From positions 677,283-741,282 of the forward strand of contig JBNZDD010013549.1 in NCBI GenBank assembly GCA_050575255.1: DNA of 64,000 nt. The letters are read 5' to 3'. This document shows positions 38,501 through 51,116 of this stretch, one piece after another (position 1 is the first letter of the stretch; each line of letters starts with the position of its first letter). Position numbers and translations under genes: made by a program. This DNA is from Harriotta raleighana. Lineage: Eukaryota. The notes below the pieces were generated by a model. That model saw only the letters and a list, made by a program, of their open reading frames with translations. It made no database searches and was not told the origin of the DNA.

Positions 38501-41500
38501 GTATTGCAATAGGATTCCGAACACAGCACTTCAATTGAAAACGGCCTTAAAATGCAGTGGGAATGCAGATGTGATAATTCTGTTGTTGGAATTATCTGTC
38601 ACAACATCGAGAGACAATTTGCAATGTTACGTGTGCTTTACACAAGATGAATAAAACACGGGAGGGAGAAACTGCAACACAAGGACGGACGTTCTCAGTA
38701 AAAGAGCCTCCGTCATCGATGAAAGAGCTTTGCCTGTAACTGTGTAGGGAAATCTACAAACTGAACTGTGTAGGGATATTGTTCACGTAGCTAAGATGAG
38801 TGCTGCATTGTGTGAGTTTGGGGGAGAACAAAGCTATTAGAACAAAGCTACTTCTCTAGGCTACTTCCCTTCACTCCTGGCCCTCATCTCCCTCTCTCTA
38901 ACCCATCTCCCCCTCCAATCCCCCTCCCCAACCCCACACACACACACAATCACATATACATATATAGACACAGACTCCCACAATGTGAATCCCTTGGTCT
39001 TTATCCATTTCTGTCTTGGAACTATCCATCACTCTACAACTCTAGAAGTGTTTGGAAAACAGTTTCTTTCTTTGGGGAGAAAATGGGAGCCAAAACGGGC
39101 CTGGGATAATTCCATTAGAATGAACGTCAAAACACAAATAGTGAAGCTCTGCAAGATTTATTTCATAAGTTAGTGGATTTACAAGCGAGCCAATTTTAGA
39201 CACTCTTCAAGTGATGGCACTGGATTTTCCCCCAAAAAATTACATTCGAATGATTGCTGAATTTGAACAAAGAATCAATTGATTCAAAATTGGGAGCCTG
39301 ATGAGAACCTGATTAACTGTGAATTCAGCAGTTTCTTTCTCTCCATATGAATGTATTACTGGTGTTATTCCTTCTGTACTTATAGCTATGTCAAGAATTT
39401 CCCTTAAACCTATTTAGTTCGCTGATTACCACTGAAGAAGTAGAGCAGCCTGGCTAGTTTCCCGGTGTCTCTGCTGAAGCAAAACTAGATGAAAGTAAGC
39501 AGTGAATCCTATCTTTTAAATTAAGTTGCAATTTGTGGTCTGACTCTCTGAAAGCTTTGAGGATTGGATTGTGGTATGAAAATATGTAAAAGGATTCAGA
39601 GTGAAGATTATTATATGGTTGTTTTTAAAGGCCGGATATGTGGACCTGATCAAGTGCAAGTGATTTGACGATTTCAATAATCGCATGTTAACATGAAGAG
39701 TGAAGAGATTGAAGGCAACGTGATACATTTAGTTTTTGTTTTCAGATCTTGTTTGGCGTTTTTTATACATTTAGAGTTGATTTAATCATATGAAGAAGAG
39801 TGGGGATGGTGTCTGAGTGTGTGTGTGTGTGTGTGTAAATGGGCTAAGGCGTGTGTAAAGTTCACAATCATCTTTAGCTTGAAGTGTAACTTGGTCGATT
39901 GAAAACCACCAAATGCTAATCCAAGTATTGAGGTGACTCAACTCTCAGAGGCCAACCATCAGATACTAAAGCATTAACATTTCAGGCATCAGGATTGCAA
40001 TCAGTGCCAAAGCCTTGTCCTCAGGTTTAAAAGGTGATGTTAATCCTTGTAACACAGTGTGGAGAAAACTGGGCAAGAAAAAGCTGTTATCTTCAGTTCT
40101 CTAAGTAGCTCATTTCATTGATAACCTTCAGTGAATCAACGATGGCATGACTGTTAGAAAAGTTTCGATATTAATTAATATCTGTTGTCACTTACCAACA
40201 GGCTTAATATCTGCCTCAAAAAAAAACTGACCTCTAAAGTGTACTACAATGAGGCAAGTTCTCCACATCAATTCAGTTTCTACTGAGGTTACTGTACTTT
40301 CCTGGATCAACTTAAAAGTAGTATTACAGTTCCGGCTGATTCACCAAAAGATTGAAACTCTTAACTCTACACGCCTTAACTGAACAAACTACTCATTTCT
40401 AGTCAGAAACAAACAACTAAGAGAGAGCAATACAGCGTCCTAAATGAGAAATAAGCTCAGGGCTCTCTGTTCAGTGCGTTGAGCACGAGCCGGCCATCAC
40501 TAAACACAAATGTAATATCTATCACATGAACCAGCATTGTGTATCCTGCTGAGAGACATCAATATGAACGGGTGACTCCACTCATTCACACACTTGACTG
40601 CTGAACCCATATTAACAACAATAAATCACAACACATTACGTGTGTAAAACGCCATTCATTTTTTTATGTTCTCTCCTTTGAAACTGGCAACATGGAAATC
40701 ACGCGTCCGCCCAAAAAAATAAAAATGACAATAGCCTGGAAATTCCTCTGGGCGGAAGGCAATCAGATTCCACTGACTTGTAATTCGATCAATAAGAGCC
40801 TCGGATTATTTTGTTCCATTGACGATCATCATCAGATTATAATGTGGAAGCATTCACGCATTGATCTTGAAAGGCAATATCTAGCACTAAACACAGACAG
40901 CAGCGAGGAGAGACCAGAGAAGTAATGCTAACAGAATTAGCTGCAGAGAGACTCAGTCAAACAGCCACCAAAAAGGAGGTATGAATGCAAGTGAGAATAG
41001 ATTCGTTTCTGTGCTTGGTATCCATTGCAATTCTATCCCAGGTTTGAAAGTTAAATCATGTTAGTTGCAGACTTACATTTGTGGAAAAAAAACATTCACA
41101 ATATTGTGGCCACAAATTCAAGAGAGAATTAGATATCTACCTGTGAGTAATTCAATTGGAAGAGCATGAGAGATGATGGGGGCAGTGTGGGAATATCACA
41201 CTTCAGCTTGTGCTTTCCAGGAATCGACAATCAATTATTTACTAGCATAAAGATGCTGATCTGAGGGAAACTGCGTAGAAAGTAATTAATGCGAAGTCTG
41301 GCTGTTATGCAAGACTGAATCAAGGCACAGTTTATGATAATTAATAATCCTTGCATTTTGTAAAGCGCCTTATCGTGTCAGTCAGACGTCCCAAAGTGCT
41401 TCGGAGGGTAAAATACTTTATCACCATGTGGAACAGGTCGTGGAATCAATCTGCCCTACATCTGGCTTTGTATCTGCTTTCATACTCTGTCGCTCTCATA

Positions 41501-42434
41501 AACATTCCATTTGCTGACCTCAAATGGCGTTAGCAGCAAAAGATATCGAGGGACAACATCGTTTCGCAACCATTCGTCGGATGTGGGGAAAGCAGCAAGG
41601 AGCGAGAGCCGAGGAATAGCAAGTCATCCATCCCGACCACCTTCAAAACCAAAAAGGGAGCTAATTAGATTGTTACTGCGTACAAATCCTCCCCGTCAGG
41701 TTCAGACTTTGACAAGCAGAAACCCTGCTACAGCATCACTTCAATCATTCCTGCTGTATCAAAGGGTTTAACATAAACACGAACAAGAATGTGCTTTGCA
41801 ACATCTGTTAGATGAAAGTCAGCAACGTGGCATGAACTGGAACATTTAGAACAGACCAATGAGTTAGTTCTCATGCACCTAACCTTCAGGAATGGCGTAC
41901 AATATGAGGCCTCCCCTCCCCTATGATCACTGTGACACGTGAGATTATGAGTTCTTTCGCTTGATTTACGCTAGACTGCTCATTCCATTACTGATGGTTG
42001 TTTAAAGCAGGGAATTATGAGAGTTATTCGGCATCTGAATGGATTTACGGAGGTTTCCATTTTTAAAAACTTTCCTTCGCTTTGAATGAGATAGACTAGT
42101 GCTGACAAAAGGCTGGAAATAGTCAGTGATGAAAGTGTGTTGTTGGCTGCATTATTTCCAGTGATAGTAAATCTACAGCACCAAAGTCTCTGTTTGTGTA
42201 GCACAGCAACCACAATAGCATTCGCTGTGTCAGGAGAATTCCCTCCCATAGCATTGCTGAGTTTTAAATAAGGCGTTCAAGTCACTGGAATGAAATTCAG
42301 GGAAGAAGGTGACAATCAGCGAACTGGTGTCTCAAAGGCTTCAAGCACGGTTGGATGTTAACAGCCAAAGCCTTAATTGTAAAAGAAAATTACAACTGCA
42401 TACACCCAAATCATATCCTGGAGATACAATAACT

Positions 42435-43007
42435 TGTAGTTTGTCACCTCTCGGCTGGACTATTGCAATGTCCTCCTCTCCGGTCTCCCCTCCATCACAA
42501 TCCATAAAATCCAGCTCATCCAAAACTCTGCTGCCCGCATACTCACCCGCTCCAAGCTTCGCTCCCCATTACCCCAGTCCTTGCCAGACTTCACTGTCTT
42601 CCCTATCCCAGAGAGGATCGATTTCAAGATCCTCACCCTTGTTTTCAAATCCCTCCACTCCTCTGCATCCCCCTATCTCTCTGATCTCCTCTCCCCCCAA
42701 ACCAGTACCCGCTGCCTTCACTCCTCTGGGTCTGGCCTCCTCCATGTCCCTCGAATCCTCCGCCCCACCCTCGGCGGCCGTGCCTTCAGCCACTGCGCCC
42801 CGAGGCTCTGGAACTCCCTTACTCACTCCCTTCGCCTCGCCCCCTCTCTTCCCAGTTTCAGGTCCCAGCTGAAGACCTTTCTCTTCGACTGCGCTTTTGG
42901 TCACCTTTCTGTCTCTGGCGTGGTCCCGTGATCTGCTATTGTGAAGCGCTCTGAGACGCCATCCAGCACGGAATACGCTATATAAATTGAAGTTGTTGTT
43001 GTTGTTG
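42435..43007 (+). mobile_element. 5'-truncated L2-clade LINE (ORF2 C-terminus plus 3' tail)
   Basis: Frameshifted translation [10 protein letters not shown]...[10 protein letters not shown] / [19 protein letters not shown]...[16 protein letters not shown]...[10 protein letters not shown] is typical of L2 ORF2 ends; terminates in (GTT)n. Confidence 0.92.
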
Positions 43008-45902
43008 GAGTTAAGTGATAATTATCACACCAAACGCTGCATTCATATCTTTTGTCCCACTACCACGGACAGGACTGACCTGTATCATTCCTAAGCAGAC
43101 TAATAATATTGTTGTTGGTCAGGGACAAAGAACAAAATGTTTTGTTTTTCCGTCTGCTAAATATCTTAAGAAGTATGCTGGTTAAATAACGAAACTGAAT
43201 AAACACTGGCTGCATTGGTCATTTACACCCGGAATTAAGGGATTCTCAAAACTCTACAGTTACAGCCTCAGTTATCTCCAGAATACTCTTCGCAAAATAA
43301 CTGTCGACGAGATGTGGATTAGAAATAAGTCGACAAACATATTCCTATATCTTGAACAACATTCTTTTTCTCCTGCGCCCACCCCCCACTCTCTCTCCGG
43401 CCTGTAGACATGTAGACAAACGTATTTGGGTTCACCAATTCCGCACTTTAGTGAAAAATCCGACTGACAGAACAAATTTCCTCTTCACTGCTGGAGTATT
43501 AGAACCACTCCACTCACTACGTTAAATCAGATTTAAATTGATAAAGGTTAGTGATACAAGCGATCAGCAGACTGACTCACACAGGCTGCTCCACTTATGA
43601 CAGAACAAGGGAGTGCTTAACCTTTTCAATGCTACGTGATTCCCAATGGCAGACCTCGCTCGGAGCCACTGGGATGCCTGTAGTAAGCAGCATTTCTAGT
43701 GGGTTTTTTTTAAAGACCTCATCCTTTACGCTGGCGCATCTGCTTCTCGATGGGGTCTCACATACAGTGGCTGACAGTTAAACAGCTGAGTCATGTATGA
43801 TTTTGTCTCCATTTAGAACTATGCTACCGATATCATAACTGAAGCACGGAGCCACTTAAATCCAGTGTCTTCCTCGTGTGTGTGTGTGTGTGTGTGTGTG
43901 GGGGTAGGAGGTTCCAAACAAAACAAGGCGAAGTGTCTGCTGCCCACCTCGGACCCCCCCCCCCGCTCGCTCCCCTCCAATAAACAAAGCCTTTTCGAGA
44001 ACTTGCTTGTTCCATTGGCAAGGAATAATCCCCATAAAATGATAAAGCAAAAATAATAAAAATGACACACGCACCAACAGTTCTGCTTGGAGCAGCAAGA
44101 AAGTTAAATCAATATCGCTCTGATTGCTGACTCACTGCAGGCATTTTTTTTTAATATAAAAAAAAGTGATGTTTTACCACATTGATTTGGCTCCTGTTTG
44201 TTACTATAAATGAGATAGGTCCCCGATAAGAGGCACACACATCATTGCAATGATCAGGACCAGTACACGTCAGCAAACGTTGTTCCTCTCTCACTCGAAA
44301 ACCCGCTCAGCTACACACATACAATCTGTGATCGTTTCACCCAAGTAACAGCGATTGGCATGAAAACATCAGCAACACACAGTCTGCCATATGTATGTCC
44401 GTCAGGATTAAAAAATAACAATAATTATAATCCACAAATAGATTTACAGCCTTGGGAGGATGTTTCGAAGTGCTTTACGGGATTTATTGTATGATGCAGT
44501 GACTGTGCACAGAGTACGCATTCCGTTCCAACAGTCTTTCTCTGCGATTCCCACATGCAGGTGGGATGCGTGTCATTCTCAGTTTGGTTTGGATACTATT
44601 ACTGGTGATGGGTTTCCACACGGGTCAAGGACACCCAACTGACCCCCCCAAACAAACACTAATGGAGCAAAACAGCTCTAGGGTCCACGTCAGGGTTTCA
44701 AAATGTATCTCGCCAATAAAATCCCCAAGTGACACAAACTACCCATTAACTAACTGAGCTATCTAGTTTGCATCTTTAATTCATGTTCCTAAAAGAATCT
44801 CTAGCATTGACTATTTAAACAAGTTGGTGAAAAATGCACCAGTTTCTATTAAATTCTATGTGAAATGAAGCACCACAATTTTATTCCTTAGTGTAGACTA
44901 AGTTAATTCCCCTGTAGTTTTGTATCAGAAGCCACCAAATGTTTTGCTTTTTATATCTGTCTGTGATTCATGCATCAGTACCAGTATTCCGCAGTGAAGA
45001 TGTCACAATAAGCTCTCAGCATTTCCAATCGTTGTCGTACAGCTTCGTACATGAGGTCATTACCCAATTCCTTGTTTATTAAGACTCCTGTACGCTTCTA
45101 GTGACTGAAAAGTGATGAGTCAGTATCAGCCTGTAGTTCAGTCTCAGTGTTCGGATGTCATCCATAAATCATTTGACATCGGGACATAAATCATCAGGAC
45201 TTCTCAAGACCCTCCACTTTGAATGTGCCTTCGTCCAGCCTCCTATCCTCCAAGTCCTCCACCTTCACTGATCAAAAACAAACCCTCCTCGGGTCCAAAT
45301 CACTGACTGTCCAGCACCTTGTGAAGGTACTATGGAAATGTAATTTTGTACTGCATTTTGCATTGAATAAATCGTTTCAGTCAAATTACATTTTTTACCC
45401 CAGTTCACAACCCCAACGCATAATCCTGTCATTAAAATCTCAATGAGGCCCATTGTAAACCAACAAGTTCATTACAGTCCTTTATTACTCGATGGTATGT
45501 CATTTCCGAAGCCTTTCATGAAACTTTAGAACGTCCAATGAATAAATAAAAGGCTGCCTGGCCAGAGACCGAAGAGAATGACTTTTTACTGCCCCAACTC
45601 ACAAGTGTCGTACTGTATTATGCTACAATTGAGTGTACCAAAATGATGTTGATGAAATTACCCATTTGTATTTTACAATTATTACAGTTCAAGAAAAGAA
45701 TGCTATGTTTAAGCCTTTGATAGACCTTCATGTTCTGTTAGGCCCTAGGCAGCCCTGAGCGTTATGGTCAATTAGACACTGTATTTTGCTGATACTACCA
45801 CAAACTGAGCATTATAATCAAGACCTTGTAAGACACTGCAGTGACAGTGGCGTGAAAATCTGTGGCAATCACCGGATACAATTGGTTTACACCCCCAAAT
45901 CA

Positions 45903-46222
45903 TAATAAGAATCCTTGCATTTGATATAGAACTTTTAACGTCTTCTAGATGTCTCAAAAGCCCTTCACAGAATAAACTAAAACATGGCATCCAATCGTAC
46001 ACAGCAATGTCCCATAAGTCGTGGATTGAGTTATCAAATTAGCACTGTTTTTTTTTAAGAGAGATCATTATCCTCAGAAATGCAATCCGCCAATCGCACA
46101 ACTGGGTTCCTACTTACTGCTGGGTAAACAGATGCATGGAGTAAGGTAACTTGCCCAACATTCCTGCTGGGATTAGAAACCAGGTCTCTCATTTGCGAGG
46201 CGAGTGCTCAAACGACTGAGCA
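45903..46222 (-). mobile_element. Diverged SINE, same family
   Basis: Plus strand shows tail AATCCTTGCATTTGATATAG and head remnant GGCGAGTGCTCAAACGACTGAGC. Confidence 0.75.
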
Positions 46223-47914
46223 TGTCCCAAAGCGATGGGAGAGATTGGATACCAACAATCCAATCTCGTGCCAAATGTTCAAAGCTCATCTGAGAATGTG
46301 TTTTAGGATCTGCACCTTGCTTTGGTATTGATAAATAATATTTTGGGGGTAAAACCTATACCATGCTTTGGATCCAATAAAGAATCAAATTATCTATGAA
46401 GATCCCATAAGATGCTATGAGATAAATGATCTACTGATAGGGATAATCCAAATAGGGATTGAATAATGTAATTTTGTTGTTGTTTAGATTCGATTCCTGT
46501 CAGAACTTAAAGCATCCAGTTGGTAAAGTATAAAAAACAGCATCTCCATCAGCTTCTTGTTATCGAGGAGAGGAAGAATCTGTCCTTTTACCAGCAACTA
46601 TTGGCCTTAACGATTGGNGGATAATCCAAATAGGGATTGAATAATGTAATTTTGTTGTTGTTTAGATTTGATTCCTGTCAGAACTTAAAGCATCCAGTTG
46701 GTAAAGTATTGGCCTTAACGATTGATTTATTCTTGTCTACCCAATGTAGACTGATCAGTCAATCACCTATTAAGACTTTATTAATACAGGGATCAGATAG
46801 CAAGCAATAAAGGACTGTGCAGAGGTGCTCTGAAGTCTGATTACACAGCAAAGTTGCACTTAGAAAGCAGTATACCCATGAAAACATCTCATTACCTCAG
46901 AGGCATCACGTTATACAGTAAATGGATAAAGAAAGCACCTTTATGAAGGCTGATATGGTGGATTTCTAGTTACCAATTTGGTACGAGTAACTGTTCAAAC
47001 AATCTATCTGCTTCTACTGAAACTTTCTGTCTAATTGTTTGTTTGACCTCACTGTAAAGGAAAGTTGTCCGTAGGAAACAAACGTTTCTCATTCAGAGAT
47101 TAGAAACCTAAAACAATCTGTATCCCAACTCAAACAGGTGGAATATTTGTTTGTTCTGTGATGAAGTCAGACTGACCAAAGCTAAACAAGATAGAAATAC
47201 TACCATTATGTGCATTGTGATTAGAAATAGAAAATCCAAACATTTGTACACTGCATATATATTATAATATTATAATTATATACATTTGATATATAGACTT
47301 ATTGCTTCATTGCGACTCACAAAGCATTTCACAGAATACACTGTTAAGTGAGTTGACTGTCTATTCTGTGTGTGAAATGTATGTAAAGATCGGTTTATTT
47401 GTTTTAAAAAGCAGTAAAAGGGGATTAACTTGACTTTTACAGCTTACAGCTCATAGGCAGCAAAAGCGAAACACCATGGGACTCAAAAGTTTCAGTCAAA
47501 AAAATATTAACACAAAAGGAAAGTAAACTAATCCATCAGCACAAGCCTAAAACTCATGACCATAGCAAGCAGATTCCATATGGGCAGCAGGCAAGGGTTG
47601 AGGCCCCTGGTGTCAGTGCTTTTCTCCATCCACATACTTTGCCCATGTGTTTTTACTCAATGCATTTTATTTTCACTGTACAACAGTATAACAAATGCTG
47701 GCTGCCTTGAGAGCTTAGTTCCGCTGTGCATGCTCGCCACTGATTTTCTTCAGGCTTACAAAACAATAATATGCTAAACAAGTTCGGCTAAATCTGCGCT
47801 CCATTGATGGGTCACATATGATCAAACAAGAAAAGCACTGACAAACATTCAAAATATATACGGTGGGAATGAGCTTTCTTGCTTTAAGTTTTCTTTTTAA
47901 AAATCCAGCTTTGC

Positions 47915-47949
<35 letters not shown>

Positions 47950-49223
47950 CTAACAAGAAGGGTTTTATAATAACAGCAGAACCTCCCTGGAGCAGAACTT
48001 TGGAATGGATGAAATTAAAGCCAGCTTTAAGTGGCTGGTTGAATTGCAGCACATACAGCAAAAAAAAATCCAAGAGATTTCCTGCCTCCTTTCTGTATAC
48101 ATCCGCAAACAGAAGGAATACTGCTGGGTTCCTGCAGTCCCTGGCTATGTGAGAGCAGAGCAAATAAATGAACCCCTTTTAGAGTTCTCTTTGGAATTGC
48201 TACAGCAATCCCCAACTGCAGTCACTTCAAATCAACTACAAAGATCACAACAAATGATATCTTCACCTAGACAGCCTCGGGAAATATTGTTCAAAGGGAG
48301 GAAGACTTATTGAAAAATGCAGCATCCTGCAATTGGATATACAATATGTCTTATAGGATTTGACTCGTTAGGGGCCCAATAAGATCATTCAAGACTATTT
48401 GAATATTGTATTCACTGGAGTTCATTTAAAGGAAAGGCCGGGTTTTTTCTGGAATCGCTTTCCTCATCTTCCTATCCTCAATCCCAACAAAACCAATTCG
48501 GCTCGAGAAAAAACCCTCCAACAAACCCCCCCCACCCCCACAAGGAAAGATTGCAAGACACGTTCGTTCCGAAAGGAACTGAGAAGGAATTTGAACTGAT
48601 CGGGTCNCCCCCCCCCCCCCCCCCCCCCCCCCCACAAGGAAAGATTGCAAGACACGTTCGTTCCGAAAGGAACTGAGAAGGAATTTGAACTGATCGGGTG
48701 TTTGCTTCGGATGACAGCAAAAAGTTTGTGGCGTTCACTCACCCAGTTAGGCAGCAATTTCTGTGTGTGTGTGTGTTTTTTTTTAAATCCTCTCCCAGAA
48801 ATCTCAGAGAGGAAATGGCTAGCATTCTTTAAACATTAAGCCACATGCAGTCAAGTCAATCAGTCAGTCCCTTGGAACTGAAGTGACTAATCGTATAAAT
48901 TGTGGCCTGTGGCAGTTCAGGCCAGTCAATGCGATAGGATTCTGCAATCTCAAAATGCGGTTGGAACACGATCAATGTTGTTGGGAGTCGAAAACGCAAA
49001 GAGAATTTACCACAAACAGACAAGAGAGACAGACGCACAGAGATAATTCCAGATAGTGTTTCAAACTCACTTTCCGCCGAATCCTACAGGAGACTGGGAA
49101 TTACGCAACATCGCTCTATGGCTCCCTCTCCCTCTGTCCCTCTCTATCTCTCCAGCCTGTAAGGTCTTGTCAGAACGTATGAATTGAGTAAACAAAAACC
49201 GCAAAGTACAGCACAGGACTGAA

Positions 49224-49440
49224 CCGCAGATGCTGAAATTCTGAAACAAACAAAAAATCCTGCCAGAAATCGCTGGGAAATCAGATTTCAGCAGGGATAG
49301 GCAGCTCTGTATGGAGAAAGGGAACTGTTTTGACGGGAAGACCCGCAACGCACTATTGACTCACTTTTCCTTCTCTCCATAGATGCTGCCTGACCCCCCC
49401 ACCTTCCTTGCTGAGTGTTGTTGGCTAGTGATTTCTGAAT
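49224..49440. repeat. Palindromic chondrichthyan interspersed repeat (probably Penelope-derived)
   Basis: Arms AGGCAGCTCTGTATGGAGAAAGG (~49299-49321) and CCTTCTCTCCATAGATGCTGCCT (~49369-49391) are inverted; starts with GCAGATGCTGAAATTCTGAAAC. Confidence 0.6.
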
Positions 49441-50028
49441 TGACTCGGGAGAATTTCTGAAGGAAGCTACAGTGTCGGATCTTTTAAAAGCCCTGAGATT
49501 TTATGAAACTGCCAGTCAAATGTTTCAGTGAAAGGGGGAGTGGGGGGCATTAAATCATTGAGGGGGTCTGAGAATGGGGGGGGGGGGGGGGGAAGGGGGA
49601 GTAAAGTTTTTGCAAAGCAGCAGTAACTGGGTGAATAAGAAGACCCCCAATTTTTTTTTGAGGGGGTGGGGAAGGGAGAGGCTTTGTTTAAAACGTCCTC
49701 GATGAAATAAAGAGCCTTAAACTCCTGGCTTATAAGAACTTCACAACAACAACAACAGCAGCAGCAGCAATCTATACAGACACAACATTGCTGTGGATTG
49801 ATCTAGAAGAGGCAACTCTCAATCATTCATTTCAACACCCCACACCCACCCCCCACACCCAACCTCAGATCCACACAACAACAACAACAACAACAACAGT
49901 GTGAAATACACACAAGCAGGAATAGAGAGTCACAAAGGCTAAGGAAAGCCTCTCTTTACTTTCGAAACAAGCAGCAAAAATAAAAGGAGAGATGAGTCTA
50001 GGAGGAGAGAGAGAACTTGTTACTGTAC

Positions 50029-50284
50029 CTTAAATCCAGCCACCACACTCCCTCTCCCTCTCTGTTGTGTGTGAGTGAGTGAGTGTGAGTGAGTGTGAGT
50101 GTGAGAGAGAGAGTGAGATGCTCTGAGCTGCAAGATGAATGTTGACTGGAGCAAGGAAGGGGGGGGAGCAGTTGCTGGAAGCCAGATGAAACTTCACTGC
50201 CACATTCCCCGATAGTCCAGCAGGAACACAACACATGTGGCAGAGACAGGCAGAGGCAGAGAGACAGCCACAACCCCCCCCCCC
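50029..50284 (-). promoter_or_regulatory. Candidate non-coding first exon / promoter-proximal region of FRMD6, running into the gap
   Basis: Possible donor AAG|GTACAG at 50028; CT/CA-rich leader; poly-C run at the gap edge suggests an unassembled GC-rich promoter. Vertebrate FRMD6 has non-coding 5' exon(s). Inference only. Confidence 0.3.
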
Positions 50285-51116
50285 NNNNNNNNNNNNNNNN
50301 NNNNNNNNNNNNNNNNNNNNNNNNNNNNNNNNNNNNNNNNNNNNNNNNNNNNNNNNNNNNNNNNNNNNNNNNNNNNNNNNNNNNNNNNNNNNNNNNNNNN
50401 NNNNNNNNNNNNNNNNNNNNNNNNNNNNNNNNNNNNNNNNNNNNNNNNNNNNNNNNNNNNNNNNNNNNNNNNNNNNNNNNNNNNNNNNNNNNNNNNNNNN
50501 NNNNNNNNNNNNNNNNNNNNNNNNNNNNNNNNNNNNNNNNNNNNNNNNNNNNNNNNNNNNNNNNNNNNNNNNNNNNNNNNNNNNNNNNNNNNNNNNNNNN
50601 NNNNNNNNNNNNNNNNNNNNNNNNNNNNNNNNNNNNNNNNNNNNNNNNNNNNNNNNNNNNNNNNNNNNNNNNNNNNNNNNNNNNNNNNNNNNNNNNNNNN
50701 NNNNNNNNNNNNNNNNNNNNNNNNNNNNNNNNNNNNNNNNNNNNNNNNNNNNNNNNNNNNNNNNNNNNNNNNNNNNNNNNNNNNNNNNNNNNNNNNNNNN
50801 NNNNNNNNNNNNNNNNNNNNNNNNNNNNNNNNNNNNNNNNNNNNNNNNNNNNNNNNNNNNNNNNNNNNNNNNNNNNNNNNNNNNNNNNNNNNNNNNNNNN
50901 NNNNNNNNNNNNNNNNNNNNNNNNNNNNNNNNNNNNNNNNNNNNNNNNNNNNNNNNNNNNNNNNNNNNNNNNNNNNNNNNNNNNNNNNNNNNNNNNNNNN
51001 NNNNNNNNNNNNNNNNNNNNNNNNNNNNNNNNNNNNNNNNNNNNNNNNNNNNNNNNNNNNNNNNNNNNNNNNNNNNNNNNNNNNNNNNNNNNNNNNNNNN
51101 NNNNNNNNNNNNNNNN
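50285..51116. other. Assembly gap (N run)
   Basis: 832 N; ORF-track entries crossing it are meaningless. Confidence 1.

Noticed and set aside
42309-42931. 187-aa and 116-aa ORFs that could be taken for a nested gene
   Set aside because: They are frames of a truncated, frameshifted L2 ORF2 remnant; the same applies to 31903-32510 and 53900-54291.
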